The position numbers and the translations under genes are program-made. Positions 9,401 to 17,732 of a DNA stretch of 64,000 nucleotides are shown piece by piece; within the stretch, counting starts at the first letter, position 1, and every line of letters begins with the position of its first letter. Origin of the DNA: an uncultured Bacteroidaceae bacterium (lineage in GTDB: Bacteria; Bacteroidota; Bacteroidia; Bacteroidales; Bacteroidaceae); NCBI GenBank assembly GCA_905233285.1, contig CAJODY010000005.1:1246-65245 (forward strand). The letters are read 5' to 3'. The notes beneath the pieces are model-generated. The model ran no database searches. It saw only the letters and a list, made by a program, of their open reading frames with translations, and was not told where the DNA came from.

Positions 9401-10455
9401 TGGCGAATATGACAAACCTCTCGCAGTTCAAAGTTGGCGAGGCAACAACAGCTATCGGTGAGAGCGGCGACAAGACTCTTACCTACGAATTTACCGTGAC
9501 CGAAGCAGCAAAACCATTCGACCTGACGTTCGGATTCCAAAAACAGTACACAGGCAACTCACCTGCTCAGATTATCGTTGACGATGTGACACTGACCGCT
9601 CTTGGTGTCAACAGCATTCTCCTTGCCGACTACGACGACGAAGCAGCAGAATTCGATGCTACGGGTTATACAGCTGCCAGTGGTGCAACACTCGAACCTA
9701 CTAACGCGAACCAGATAATCTATGCTAATGCCGGTCAGCTCACCAACACCAATAATGTTGTGATTAGCGGTACCTGTGCCAACTTCGTCATTACCGACAA
9801 GGTTAACATCTCCACCACCCACTCATTCTCGGCTACGGCAGCCACATACTCCCGCGAAATGGCAGAAGCCACCCAGTACGGCACACTCCTGCTTCCATTC
9901 CCAATCGATGTAGAGAACAGCGATGTCGATTTCTTCACCTTGAAAGAAGTCACGATAGGCGACGGCAAAATGACATTCACACCAGTGACCACAGCCACCA
10001 TCGATGCAGGCACCCCGCTTCTCTTCAAGAAGCAAAACTCTGAGGCTACAAGTATCAACGTTGTTGGAAGCGGTGCAGTTTCTGAAATTGGAGAGTCCGC
10101 ATCTGTTACTCAGGGTGGATGGACAGCCACAGGTTACTATCAGGGCAACGACGAACTCAGCGGAGTCAACACCTACTACATTGCCGGCGACCATTTCTGG
10201 AATGCAGATGGTAATAACCTCATAATGAGTCCGTTCCGTGTAGTATATATCTCACCAACACCGAGCTCGGCAAAGGCACTCATCATCCGCACCGACAGCA
10301 CACCTACCGAGATAGTAGATATACAGAGCGGAACCCAGCTCCAAGGCGACGTATATTCCATCAGCGGACAACTCCTGCGCCGCAACCTCAAGTCTCTCTC
10401 CGAACTGCCACGCGGCACCTACATCATCGGAGGAAAGAAAGTGGCTATTCCATAG
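6451..10455 (+). CDS. Large cell-surface protein (1334 aa) with a T9SS C-terminal sorting domain
   Basis: Signal peptide. The C-terminus DVYSISGQLLRRNLKSLSELPRGTYIIGGKKVAIP is typical of Por_Secre_tail. There are three CBM/jelly-roll-like modules (for example TGWTEEG...FDNFKLYC and VTGWEVS...VDDVTLTA) separated by Ala/Thr-rich helical FIVAR-like linkers. Confidence 0.8.
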   Translation: MKRKSFYTIIAALIAFSSNAWADTDKLPAADGWTKITTVPTSAEIGSNYYVFVDATRDLMLGIGKGVQNTKAWYSLALYYRTSVEPTSKDINPMVWTLESNDGGFSMRNLDQPVHLFQTENNAAWYFDTNDVTSSNSWSKINLAYSDGKWTIENSKFTGNYIGPWNDNNFTNGAECAGNKTTALRGYFQIYAISRAKFKQNLLDNASSSNPVDLTPWYVSNPTFDGGTDEGKRTGWTEEGSGGNNNTHERGGGCEIWHRSGFNIHQDLTIPNGKYKVSLQMAGTSGAGKVYGTSNGTTKEAASSAAAGANFQSTILSMIQDRTFGQTITDEITVSNGSLTIGMKCETTDQWINFDNFKLYCTGLDLSAYVSQLSDLVDDCNDFIASDVVPTACENAISSAITTYNQSYATAKEYSTAIVALTAVLDTYSNDTELQTAYSDYKTMRTNVQGLENTSTYKYTDPGSAKSTLDTAISSANTAVEAATTASAINTQTANIRAAAMTFISSVTAEEGNPFNLMFLASQVYSDWKKKDGSAAGIVGDAFLANRPEDIPPFAENFEWTAATTGNVLYQTVSGLPIGYYQVGMYAMALSTSNRDGMATEATEGDADRSFAFAGDLTDATSIQRTGLPIKFATSIDFTDLTTLDVNVHLTSAGDLTFGVQKDKNGSNWHFAQIMTIAYSKDPDLTGLKETRDALVSEAQGLLASDDANLLTTEQQNALNTAISTAEAANTFEDLNEVTLTTLPNAINTARSQIQTVKDNRVLMLAALERFETDYNLADGTDYQRSTMSATAWTDLLAKVNAVSEALDDISLSSEYATRKNALVAQMGATDTSLRLFKSYKAMVEGCTALSIAGSYGADSNMDTDDTQQTAITALNTAFVTYNYGQTADFDVSAFLGSNLNFSAAEGAALNTENSNNIHEVTGWEVSYADADQWAVVQTHQSENDGKLYMRKNWGSAATTLSVSKLKMLPAGKYRLSFSWNSNMANMTNLSQFKVGEATTAIGESGDKTLTYEFTVTEAAKPFDLTFGFQKQYTGNSPAQIIVDDVTLTALGVNSILLADYDDEAAEFDATGYTAASGATLEPTNANQIIYANAGQLTNTNNVVISGTCANFVITDKVNISTTHSFSATAATYSREMAEATQYGTLLLPFPIDVENSDVDFFTLKEVTIGDGKMTFTPVTTATIDAGTPLLFKKQNSEATSINVVGSGAVSEIGESASVTQGGWTATGYYQGNDELSGVNTYYIAGDHFWNADGNNLIMSPFRVVYISPTPSSAKALIIRTDSTPTEIVDIQSGTQLQGDVYSISGQLLRRNLKSLSELPRGTYIIGGKKVAIP

Positions 10456-10462
10456 TTTATGA

Positions 10463-10498
10463 GCGTCTTGTCGTTGTAACTTTATAACGGCAAGGCGC
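10463..10498 (+). terminator. Hairpin after the T9SS cargo gene (13-bp stem with two G-U pairs, no T-run)
   Basis: GCGTCTTGTCGTT, a 10-nt loop, then AACGGCAAGGCGC. Confidence 0.3.
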
Positions 10499-10553
10499 CA
10501 ACTCTTAAACTCCTTGAACTTTTGAACTCCTTGAACTTTTTTTTAGCTCTAAA

Positions 10554-10718
10554 ATGAAAAGACAATATATCCATCCTTCAACTGAGATTCACCCTGTCGC
10601 CATCGAACCGATGATGACAAACAATTCCCCCACCCTTACAATGGGTGAGGGAAAGGGAAATCTGACTCCTGAATCAAAAGGCGACAGAGACGACGACGCG
10701 TTCGACGACCTATGGTAA
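10554..10718 (+). CDS. Possible small ORF (54 aa) with an acidic C-terminus, below the ORF-track cutoff
   Basis: Hand translation gives MKRQYIHPSTEIHPVAIEPMMTNNSPTLTMGEGKGNLTPESKGDRDDDAFDDLW. There is an A-rich leader but no recognisable promoter box. Confidence 0.25.
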   Translation: MKRQYIHPSTEIHPVAIEPMMTNNSPTLTMGEGKGNLTPESKGDRDDDAFDDLW

Positions 10719-10725
10719 CAAAGGA

Positions 10726-12456
10726 TTATGCCTGCTCGCCGTCGCGTTCGTTCAGATTTTCAGTAAAGGTCTGAACCAACCTATTGCTGTGCTTCTCCAG
10801 TTTTGGTGAGAAGAAGATGAAGAGCAAGACGGCTATTGCGGCGAAGATGCCGAACAATCCGCTTCGAGGCAACGTATTACCTATAATATAAGAGATGAAG
10901 GCTGCACCTATGAGGAAACGCAGCACTGTCAATGCCGATAGTTTTATACGTTCTATACTGCCACCTTCGTCCCAGAGTCTGTTCACGTTCTCGCTCCTGC
11001 TGCCTTGGCGCATCAAAGTCCATATCAGTGGTGCACTGAGGAACAGCGTAACAACGGCTGTGACGATGCCTGCCCATGGTGCAGGAAGCAAATCGTAAAT
11101 CAGCGGTGCACCGTAATGATACATAAGTGCAATGACTGCCACGCAGAGCACACTGGTGATAAGTATCATGAAAACGGCTCTCTTCAGTTCTGCGTGCCAC
11201 ATCTGACGCATCTCGTTCGTCTCTTTTTCTTCCTCGTTTTCAGTAGCGTTGCGCTCCAGCCTGGCAATCCACTTGGCAGGCAGCACACGCGACACCACAT
11301 TGTAGGCAGGTTCTGCCAGACGAATCATATAAGGCGTGGTGAATGTTGTAAAGACAGACACAGCGACGACGATGGGATAAAGGAAATCGCTGGTGACATG
11401 CAGCGATGTGCCCAGACTGGCAATGATGAAAGCGAACTCACCAATCTGTGTCAGCGAGAACGAACAGCGCATGGAAGTCTTCAGACTCTGACCTGAGATA
11501 AGGAAAGCACCTGTACTCAGCAGCGTATGACCCACCATGATGGCAGCAACGATACACAGGATAGGTACTATATACTCGATGATGAGATTCACATCGACCA
11601 TCATTCCGACAGACACGAAGAAGATGGCACCGAAAAGATTCTTTACGGGGTTGACCAGATGCTCTATCTTCTGTGCCGCTACCGTCTCGCTCAGGATACT
11701 ACCCATGACGAAAGCACCGAACGCAGCAGAGAAGCCTACAGCAGAGGCAAACACCACCATGCCGAAGCAGAGGGCAAGGGCCGTGATGAGCAGCGTCTCA
11801 TTGTTCATCAACGGCTTCACCTTCTTCAGGAGGATAGGAATGAGGTAAATGCCCACCACGAACCACAGAACCAGGAAGAATCCCAACTTCAGGATGGACG
11901 TAAGCATCTGCGTACCCTCAAACTCCTTGCTGACTGCCACAGTCGAGAGCATCACCATCAGCACGATGGCAAGGATATCCTCGATGATGAGCACACTGAG
12001 CACAAGTGACGAGAAACGTTCCTTTCCCAACCCCATATCGTCGAAGGCCTTGAAGATAATCGTAGTTGACGACATAGCCAGCATACCACCCAGATACAGA
12101 CTGTTCATATCGCTCCACCCAAACAGGTGACCGGTGAGCGAACCCACATACATCATACCGAGGATAATGGCTAAGGCAGCAATGATTGGAGCCGCACCCA
12201 TCTTCAGGATTTTCCTGAACGAAAACTCCAGTCCGAGGGCGAACAGCAGGAAGATGACACCTATATCGCTCCATACGTGTACGCTATGTCCGTCAGTGAC
12301 ACTAGGCATATAAGGCATGTTTGGTGAGGCGAGGAAGCCCGCTACGATATAGCCCAGAACGATGGGCTGTTTCAGGCTCTTGAACAGAAGAGTCATGACA
12401 CCGGCACAGATAAGAATCAGCGCAAGGTCGGAAATGAGAGGTTCAAGCTGTGACAT
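10726..12456 (-). CDS. Cation:proton antiporter (CPA2/Kef-type Na+/H+ exchanger family) with a C-terminal membrane extension
   Basis: Polytopic protein with N-terminus MSQLEPLISDLALILICAGVMTLLFKSLKQPIVLGYIVAGFL, typical of CPA2. The start was set at the internal ATG 12456. Confidence 0.85.
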   Translation of the reverse strand: MSQLEPLISDLALILICAGVMTLLFKSLKQPIVLGYIVAGFLASPNMPYMPSVTDGHSVHVWSDIGVIFLLFALGLEFSFRKILKMGAAPIIAALAIILGMMYVGSLTGHLFGWSDMNSLYLGGMLAMSSTTIIFKAFDDMGLGKERFSSLVLSVLIIEDILAIVLMVMLSTVAVSKEFEGTQMLTSILKLGFFLVLWFVVGIYLIPILLKKVKPLMNNETLLITALALCFGMVVFASAVGFSAAFGAFVMGSILSETVAAQKIEHLVNPVKNLFGAIFFVSVGMMVDVNLIIEYIVPILCIVAAIMVGHTLLSTGAFLISGQSLKTSMRCSFSLTQIGEFAFIIASLGTSLHVTSDFLYPIVVAVSVFTTFTTPYMIRLAEPAYNVVSRVLPAKWIARLERNATENEEEKETNEMRQMWHAELKRAVFMILITSVLCVAVIALMYHYGAPLIYDLLPAPWAGIVTAVVTLFLSAPLIWTLMRQGSRSENVNRLWDEGGSIERIKLSALTVLRFLIGAAFISYIIGNTLPRSGLFGIFAAIAVLLFIFFSPKLEKHSNRLVQTFTENLNERDGEQA

Positions 12457-12583
12457 TTTATAATAAAAATTGGAATAGCGCTGCGAAGATACGGATAAGC
12501 GAGATATGTACAAAATAAATTCATTTTTTATTATTATTCAGAAAAATCTTCCCGCCCATTTGCCGATTTCTGGATATTATTAC

Positions 12584-12591
12584 TACCTTTG
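12584..12591 (+). promoter_or_regulatory. Candidate -7 box (TACCTTTG)
   Basis: Matches TAnnTTTG, 48 nt upstream of the ATG at 12640. Confidence 0.45.
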
Positions 12592-12639
12592 CCATCGGGT
12601 TTTTCCCGACAAACATAACCTTAATATAATAAAAACACT

Positions 12640-15414
12640 ATGATAAAGCGAAAAGTATATTGTATTCTTGTGGCATTGGTGGTCATAGCAATGCCAGCCT
12701 TGGCCGTCTTTACGGGTATGAACTTGGATGCCACGTTAGCAAATCTGCGGCGTGAATTAAGTCACGATTACCACCAGATTGCTCAGACGCAATACGAATT
12801 GAAGGCGTATTACGACCAGCAGCACCAACAGATGGTGAAGATTGCCAAGAAATGCAATGACCAATCGCTGATGCTGTATTCCCAGAAGCAGGATTATACC
12901 TTCGATATCATTTATGCTTTGGAGCGGGTGACCAAAGAGTACGGAGACTTCAACAGAAATCGCACCCCTTACGACCGCATCGTGACGAAGCTGAACATCG
13001 AAATCGAGCGCTGTGCCCGACTGATAGAGTCGCTCCGACGACTCCCGCCCGAGTTGAAGGAAGTGGACTTGGTGCCAGACAGCCTTGCCTATCACAACGA
13101 CTCGTTGGATGCTCACTTGGTGAACAACGAAAGTCTCCTGGAGCAGGATCTCAATGAGCAGGCTGATCTTCTATTGGCTATAGTAGCACTTGATTCGCTG
13201 GCTGGAGACAGTCTTGCCGGCAATACCGATACGACAGGTGCCCGTCTGCCGCGCAATGCCAGTCTCAAGGCTGGGCAGGAGAAAGCCGCTGAGGAATCCG
13301 GCGCAGCTCAGGACACGACAGATGTGGCAAGTACTTCGCCGTTCGTCTTGAGCGAAAAAGGTCAGATGGAACGCGACTCGTGCCTCTTCTATGCTTCCCG
13401 ACTGCTGACTATCTATGCACAGACGCGCGACATCGTCATGGCCGACAGTACCTACTACATCGAGGCATGGTTGCGCATGAAGGAGTCGAACGACTATGCA
13501 CAGGAATACTACAAGTTCCTGCAGCGCAACGTGTTCGTGGAAGGTCAGATACCCTGGATACAAATCCTGATGAATCCCGGAGCTTATTGGCGACAAGCTA
13601 AGATTGCGATAAGAGAGCGGTTCGCATCGGATTTTCTCGATCAACTGGCAACCGAAGACGAATCGTCGATAAAGGACAGCCGCATCATAAACTCGGCAAC
13701 GCTGTTCTATATAGTAGTTTACATCATTACCTTCTTCATCCTGTGGGGCATTGCCGCGCTGCTGATGCTTCCTGCTTACCGGTTCGTCAAACCGTTGAGC
13801 CGTAAAGTAGCAAAGGAACAGAAACGGTATATTGCCCTTCTCTTGGGTTGTATCCTGTTTATATTCCTCAGTTATGAGACCTCTGCCGACGACAGGACGG
13901 AAAAGGCTATCGCTCTGATGCACACCTTCATCTGGCTACTCATGGCCATTACGACGGCGCAGCTCATCCGCTTGAAACCCGACAAACTCAGACATGGCAT
14001 CCGAAACTACCTGCCCACGATTTTTACCGCCATCTTCGTCATCAGTTGCCGTGTGCTTTTCCTGCCCAACGCCTTTCTGAACTTCATCTTCCCACCGCTC
14101 CTGCTCTTCATGGCGGTGTGGCAGTTTATATCCAACCTGCAACGGAGCGGAAAGACGGACAAGCCCGATGCCATCATCGGCTGGTGTTCGTTAGCGGTAA
14201 CCACCATTGCCATGTTGATTAGTTGGGCTGGTTACATCTTCTTTGCACTCATCATCCTGGTGTGGTGGTATTTCCTTTTGACTGCCATCCTCATCATCGT
14301 CTCCGTATGGCATCTGCTGATATGGTACAAAAAGAGCCGTCTCGACAAGCTAGTGGCTGACTACAGGGCACAGGTTTCCTATTTGTTGGGTGCTGCCAAG
14401 GATAGCCTGCTGTTTTTCGCCACATGGTTCTACGACCTGATACATGATGTCGTCGTTCCACTGATGGTGCTGGCATCCTTCCCTCTGTGTATCCGATGGG
14501 CTTTGAATATCTTCGAGTTCAACGACTTGTACCGTCAGATTTTCGTAGAGCCTTTCATCCAGCATAACGGAGTGGACGGATTCAGGATGTCTCTGTATGA
14601 CCTGTTGTTGCTTGCGGCACTCTTCTTCGTGTTCCGCTACCTGAACAAAGCCATCCACCCCATCTGGCAGCAGTTCCAGTATAACCGTTTCCTACGCAAG
14701 TATAACCGGAAGACCATCCGCAACAATGAGATAAACCTCTCGTTGGGCAACAGCCTCATCAGCGTATTCATCTGGTTTGTTTACATCTACATCTTCATCA
14801 TCACCCTGCGAGTACCCACCAGTTCGCTGGGACTTATCGCAGGAGGTCTGTCAGCCGGTATCGGTATTGCGCTGAAGGACATCATCAACAACTTTGTTTA
14901 CGGCATCCAGCTCATGGGCGGACGCTTGAGAGTTGGCGACTGGATTGAGTGCGACGGCGTGCGTGGTGCCGTCACCGACATCAATTACCAGAGCACACAA
15001 GTCGAGACCATCGACGGCGTCACCGTATCCTTCCTCAACTCCGATTTGTTTGCCAAGAGTTTCACAAACCTAACCAAGAGCGACTCCTACGAGCTCCTCA
15101 AACTGCATGTCAGCGTGGCCTACGGAACCGACTTGCAGCAAGCACGCGAAGTCCTCGTGGAGGCATTGCAGGTCATGCGCACCAAAGATGCCTACGGACG
15201 CGAAATCGTTGAGCCTCATAAAGGTATTTATGTTGTATTTGGAGAATTTGGCGACAGCGGTGTTGATATCATCGTCAAGCAATACATCCTGGCAGCCGAG
15301 CGCATCGCATATGCCGACCGCGCACCCGAAGTAATGTACAACGCACTCAACGCTGCAGGCATCTCGATTCCGTTCCCACAGCGCGATCTGCACATCATTT
15401 CCGATACAGATTAA
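12640..15414 (+). CDS. Large mechanosensitive channel, MscS family (MscK-like architecture)
   Basis: Signal peptide plus a coiled periplasmic region and multiple TM helices. The MscS core reads GIALKDIINNFVYGIQLMGGRLRVGDWIECDGVRGAVTDINYQSTQVETIDG. Confidence 0.85.
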   Translation: MIKRKVYCILVALVVIAMPALAVFTGMNLDATLANLRRELSHDYHQIAQTQYELKAYYDQQHQQMVKIAKKCNDQSLMLYSQKQDYTFDIIYALERVTKEYGDFNRNRTPYDRIVTKLNIEIERCARLIESLRRLPPELKEVDLVPDSLAYHNDSLDAHLVNNESLLEQDLNEQADLLLAIVALDSLAGDSLAGNTDTTGARLPRNASLKAGQEKAAEESGAAQDTTDVASTSPFVLSEKGQMERDSCLFYASRLLTIYAQTRDIVMADSTYYIEAWLRMKESNDYAQEYYKFLQRNVFVEGQIPWIQILMNPGAYWRQAKIAIRERFASDFLDQLATEDESSIKDSRIINSATLFYIVVYIITFFILWGIAALLMLPAYRFVKPLSRKVAKEQKRYIALLLGCILFIFLSYETSADDRTEKAIALMHTFIWLLMAITTAQLIRLKPDKLRHGIRNYLPTIFTAIFVISCRVLFLPNAFLNFIFPPLLLFMAVWQFISNLQRSGKTDKPDAIIGWCSLAVTTIAMLISWAGYIFFALIILVWWYFLLTAILIIVSVWHLLIWYKKSRLDKLVADYRAQVSYLLGAAKDSLLFFATWFYDLIHDVVVPLMVLASFPLCIRWALNIFEFNDLYRQIFVEPFIQHNGVDGFRMSLYDLLLLAALFFVFRYLNKAIHPIWQQFQYNRFLRKYNRKTIRNNEINLSLGNSLISVFIWFVYIYIFIITLRVPTSSLGLIAGGLSAGIGIALKDIINNFVYGIQLMGGRLRVGDWIECDGVRGAVTDINYQSTQVETIDGVTVSFLNSDLFAKSFTNLTKSDSYELLKLHVSVAYGTDLQQAREVLVEALQVMRTKDAYGREIVEPHKGIYVVFGEFGDSGVDIIVKQYILAAERIAYADRAPEVMYNALNAAGISIPFPQRDLHIISDTD

Positions 15415-15454
15415 AAAATATTAACACAAGTTTTGCTTTTTATAAGATTCTCTA

Positions 15455-15462
15455 TAACTTTG
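15455..15462 (+). promoter_or_regulatory. Candidate -7 box (TAACTTTG)
   Basis: Matches TAnnTTTG, 56 nt upstream of the ATG at 15519. Confidence 0.45.
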
Positions 15463-15518
15463 CATTAAATAAGTCAAAATACTAAAACGATACTCAACAA
15501 CCTTAAACACAAAATTCT

Positions 15519-16778
15519 ATGAAGAGAAAACTAATGTATGCATTCATGGCTATGACAGCCATGCTGGCAATGAACAGTTGCGAGCCGGAGGACATTGATG
15601 CAGCCTATGACGAAAAGACCTCCCTCAACTCACCGTTCATCTTCTCTGAGGGCTATCAGGACACCATCGTCCATGAATACAACCTAACCACACCAATCTC
15701 CGACTGGCTGAGCATGATTAAAGACAACACGAAGGTGTGCCATCTGAGCATTCCGGGCACCCACGACACCATGACAGGCATGGGATTCTACCAGCCTACC
15801 CTCGAATACATCTTCAATGCCACAGCCATCAGCCAGGTAGCAACGTTTCAGGAGCAGATGGAAAACGGCATACGTTTCTTCGACATACGTCCCGTAGTGA
15901 GCATCGACACACTGCAGACCGACCCGAAAGAAAAGAAAATCCTGCGTCTGGCACACGGCATCAGCGAAATCAACGTAACCCTCGAAGAGGCACTCGACCA
16001 GATGCAAAGCTACCTGAACGCCCACAAGTCCGAATTCTTCATCGTCAAGCTGCAAGCCGACAACGGACTCGAGAACCAGAGCGAATGGATTAACCTTCTC
16101 GACAAGGTGTTACAAAAAACCAAATATGCCACACTCTTCGTCACCAGCGCCAGCTGGCAGCCCGGAATCACAGTTGCCGACATGCGCGGAAAGATACTGT
16201 TGCTGAGCCGCTTCAACCTGCCCGCACAGAAATCTTCTGATCCGACTTACCCTGCCGTTTACTGCACATGGACCGACGAAGATGCCGACATAGATGAAAA
16301 TCTCAACCCTACAGCTCAGCGCGATTGCGGCATCTACAAAGTCACCAACACCTCTTCCACCTCTTCCACCCCTGCTCCCGACGCAACACTCTTCGTACAG
16401 GACTACTTCAAGACCAACAAGCAGAAACGTCTGGACAACAAGAAGCAGACCGTCAAAGACATGATGACAGATGCACGTGCCGAAATCGCAGCCGACAAAG
16501 ACACTTGGATTATAAACCACACATCAGCTTATACCGAAGTATCGCCACGCGGCTACGTCACCAATGCAGCCATCATCCATCCGTTGGTTATCGAAAACCT
16601 GATTCAGAACGCCGGCACCGTAGGCATCATGCCAATGGACATGGCTTGCCACGACTACATCCACGGCATCGTCAACGGAGGCACACCCTACACCAGCGAC
16701 TACCTCTATGGCATCCGTCCGCTGAGCCAGTCGCTCACCAACCTGCTCATCAAGTCAAACGAAAAATACTTCAAATAA
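15519..16778 (+). CDS. Lipoprotein with a phosphatidylinositol-specific phospholipase C X-domain
   Basis: Lipobox LAMNSC. LSIPGTHDTMTG (catalytic His region), FFDIRP and LAHGISE match the bacterial PI-PLC X-domain pattern. Confidence 0.7.
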   Translation: MKRKLMYAFMAMTAMLAMNSCEPEDIDAAYDEKTSLNSPFIFSEGYQDTIVHEYNLTTPISDWLSMIKDNTKVCHLSIPGTHDTMTGMGFYQPTLEYIFNATAISQVATFQEQMENGIRFFDIRPVVSIDTLQTDPKEKKILRLAHGISEINVTLEEALDQMQSYLNAHKSEFFIVKLQADNGLENQSEWINLLDKVLQKTKYATLFVTSASWQPGITVADMRGKILLLSRFNLPAQKSSDPTYPAVYCTWTDEDADIDENLNPTAQRDCGIYKVTNTSSTSSTPAPDATLFVQDYFKTNKQKRLDNKKQTVKDMMTDARAEIAADKDTWIINHTSAYTEVSPRGYVTNAAIIHPLVIENLIQNAGTVGIMPMDMACHDYIHGIVNGGTPYTSDYLYGIRPLSQSLTNLLIKSNEKYFK

Positions 16779-16796
16779 CAACTAACGGCTACAGAT

Positions 16797-17636
16797 ATGA
16801 AACACAATATTCACAGACTCATCATACTCCTTGCGATTATATTTACGGCCACAGCGGCTGACGCCCAGCGTGCCGAAAAGTTACGTGCCGAGGACGGCCT
16901 GTTCAACCACCTCTCCGTAGGTCTTTCCACCGGACTCTCAGGCTTCGGCATCGACGCAGCCATGCCAGTATGCAAGATAGTTACCGTTCGTGCCGGCTTC
17001 TCCGCCTGGACCATAGGCAACATCAACTTCAAGGCCATCAACACCGCCTCCGAAATCACCGAGACCAGTATGGTTGAAGACGATGCCGTACGCCGTTCAA
17101 AAATGGTAGATAAGGTAGAACTCCAAATCAAACCCCGACTCTGGAACTTCTTCATCCTTGGCGAAGTACACCCGTTCAAAAACCAGATGTTCTACTTCTC
17201 TGCCGGACTCTTCTTCGGCAGCCAGACCTTCCTCCACTTCCAGAACACCAACGACGGAGCCCTCGGCTTCCTCTACGATGCCAATCAGAAAGTGGAAGAC
17301 TACAACCGTCTCTTCCACACCAACTATCCGCCCATCGGACTTAAATTCGGCGACTACGTATTCACAGCCGACGAAGAAGGAAACATCGACGTACGCATGA
17401 AGACCAACGCCGTCAAGCCCTACCTCGGCATCGGCTTCGGTCAGCACCTTGCCAAGAACCATCGTGTCAGCGTAGCCGTTGACCTTGGTCTCCTCTTCTG
17501 GGGCACACCCAGATTCCTGCTCAACAACGACACAGAAATCAAATCGTCAGGCAGCAACAGCGGCATCACCGGCGCCCTCTCATGGCTGAAAGCATGGCCC
17601 AACCTCTCAGTTCGCGTTGCCTACAAAATCTTCTGA
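16797..17636 (+). CDS. Putative outer-membrane beta-barrel protein
   Basis: Signal peptide, alternating amphipathic strands and a C-terminal ...VRVAYKIF. It lies 18 nt downstream of the PI-PLC gene. Confidence 0.5.
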   Translation: MKHNIHRLIILLAIIFTATAADAQRAEKLRAEDGLFNHLSVGLSTGLSGFGIDAAMPVCKIVTVRAGFSAWTIGNINFKAINTASEITETSMVEDDAVRRSKMVDKVELQIKPRLWNFFILGEVHPFKNQMFYFSAGLFFGSQTFLHFQNTNDGALGFLYDANQKVEDYNRLFHTNYPPIGLKFGDYVFTADEEGNIDVRMKTNAVKPYLGIGFGQHLAKNHRVSVAVDLGLLFWGTPRFLLNNDTEIKSSGSNSGITGALSWLKAWPNLSVRVAYKIF

Positions 17637-17661
17637 CAATCAGAAAATATAGGAAATGAGT

Positions 17662-17689
17662 AAAGCCCCGCAACTAATTGCGAGGCTTT
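17662..17689. terminator. Hairpin between convergent genes (12-bp stem with one mismatch)
   Basis: AAAGCCCCGCAA, loop CTAA, TTGCGAGGCTTT, flanked by A/T-rich sequence. Confidence 0.55.
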
Positions 17690-17732
17690 ACTTATATTTT
17701 ACTTTACAACACTTTTCTTTGTTTGTATCTGT

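Noticed and set aside
13171-13923. 250-aa ORF antisense to the MscK-like gene
   Set aside because: It is a shadow ORF. The sense-strand protein is continuous and carries the MscS core.
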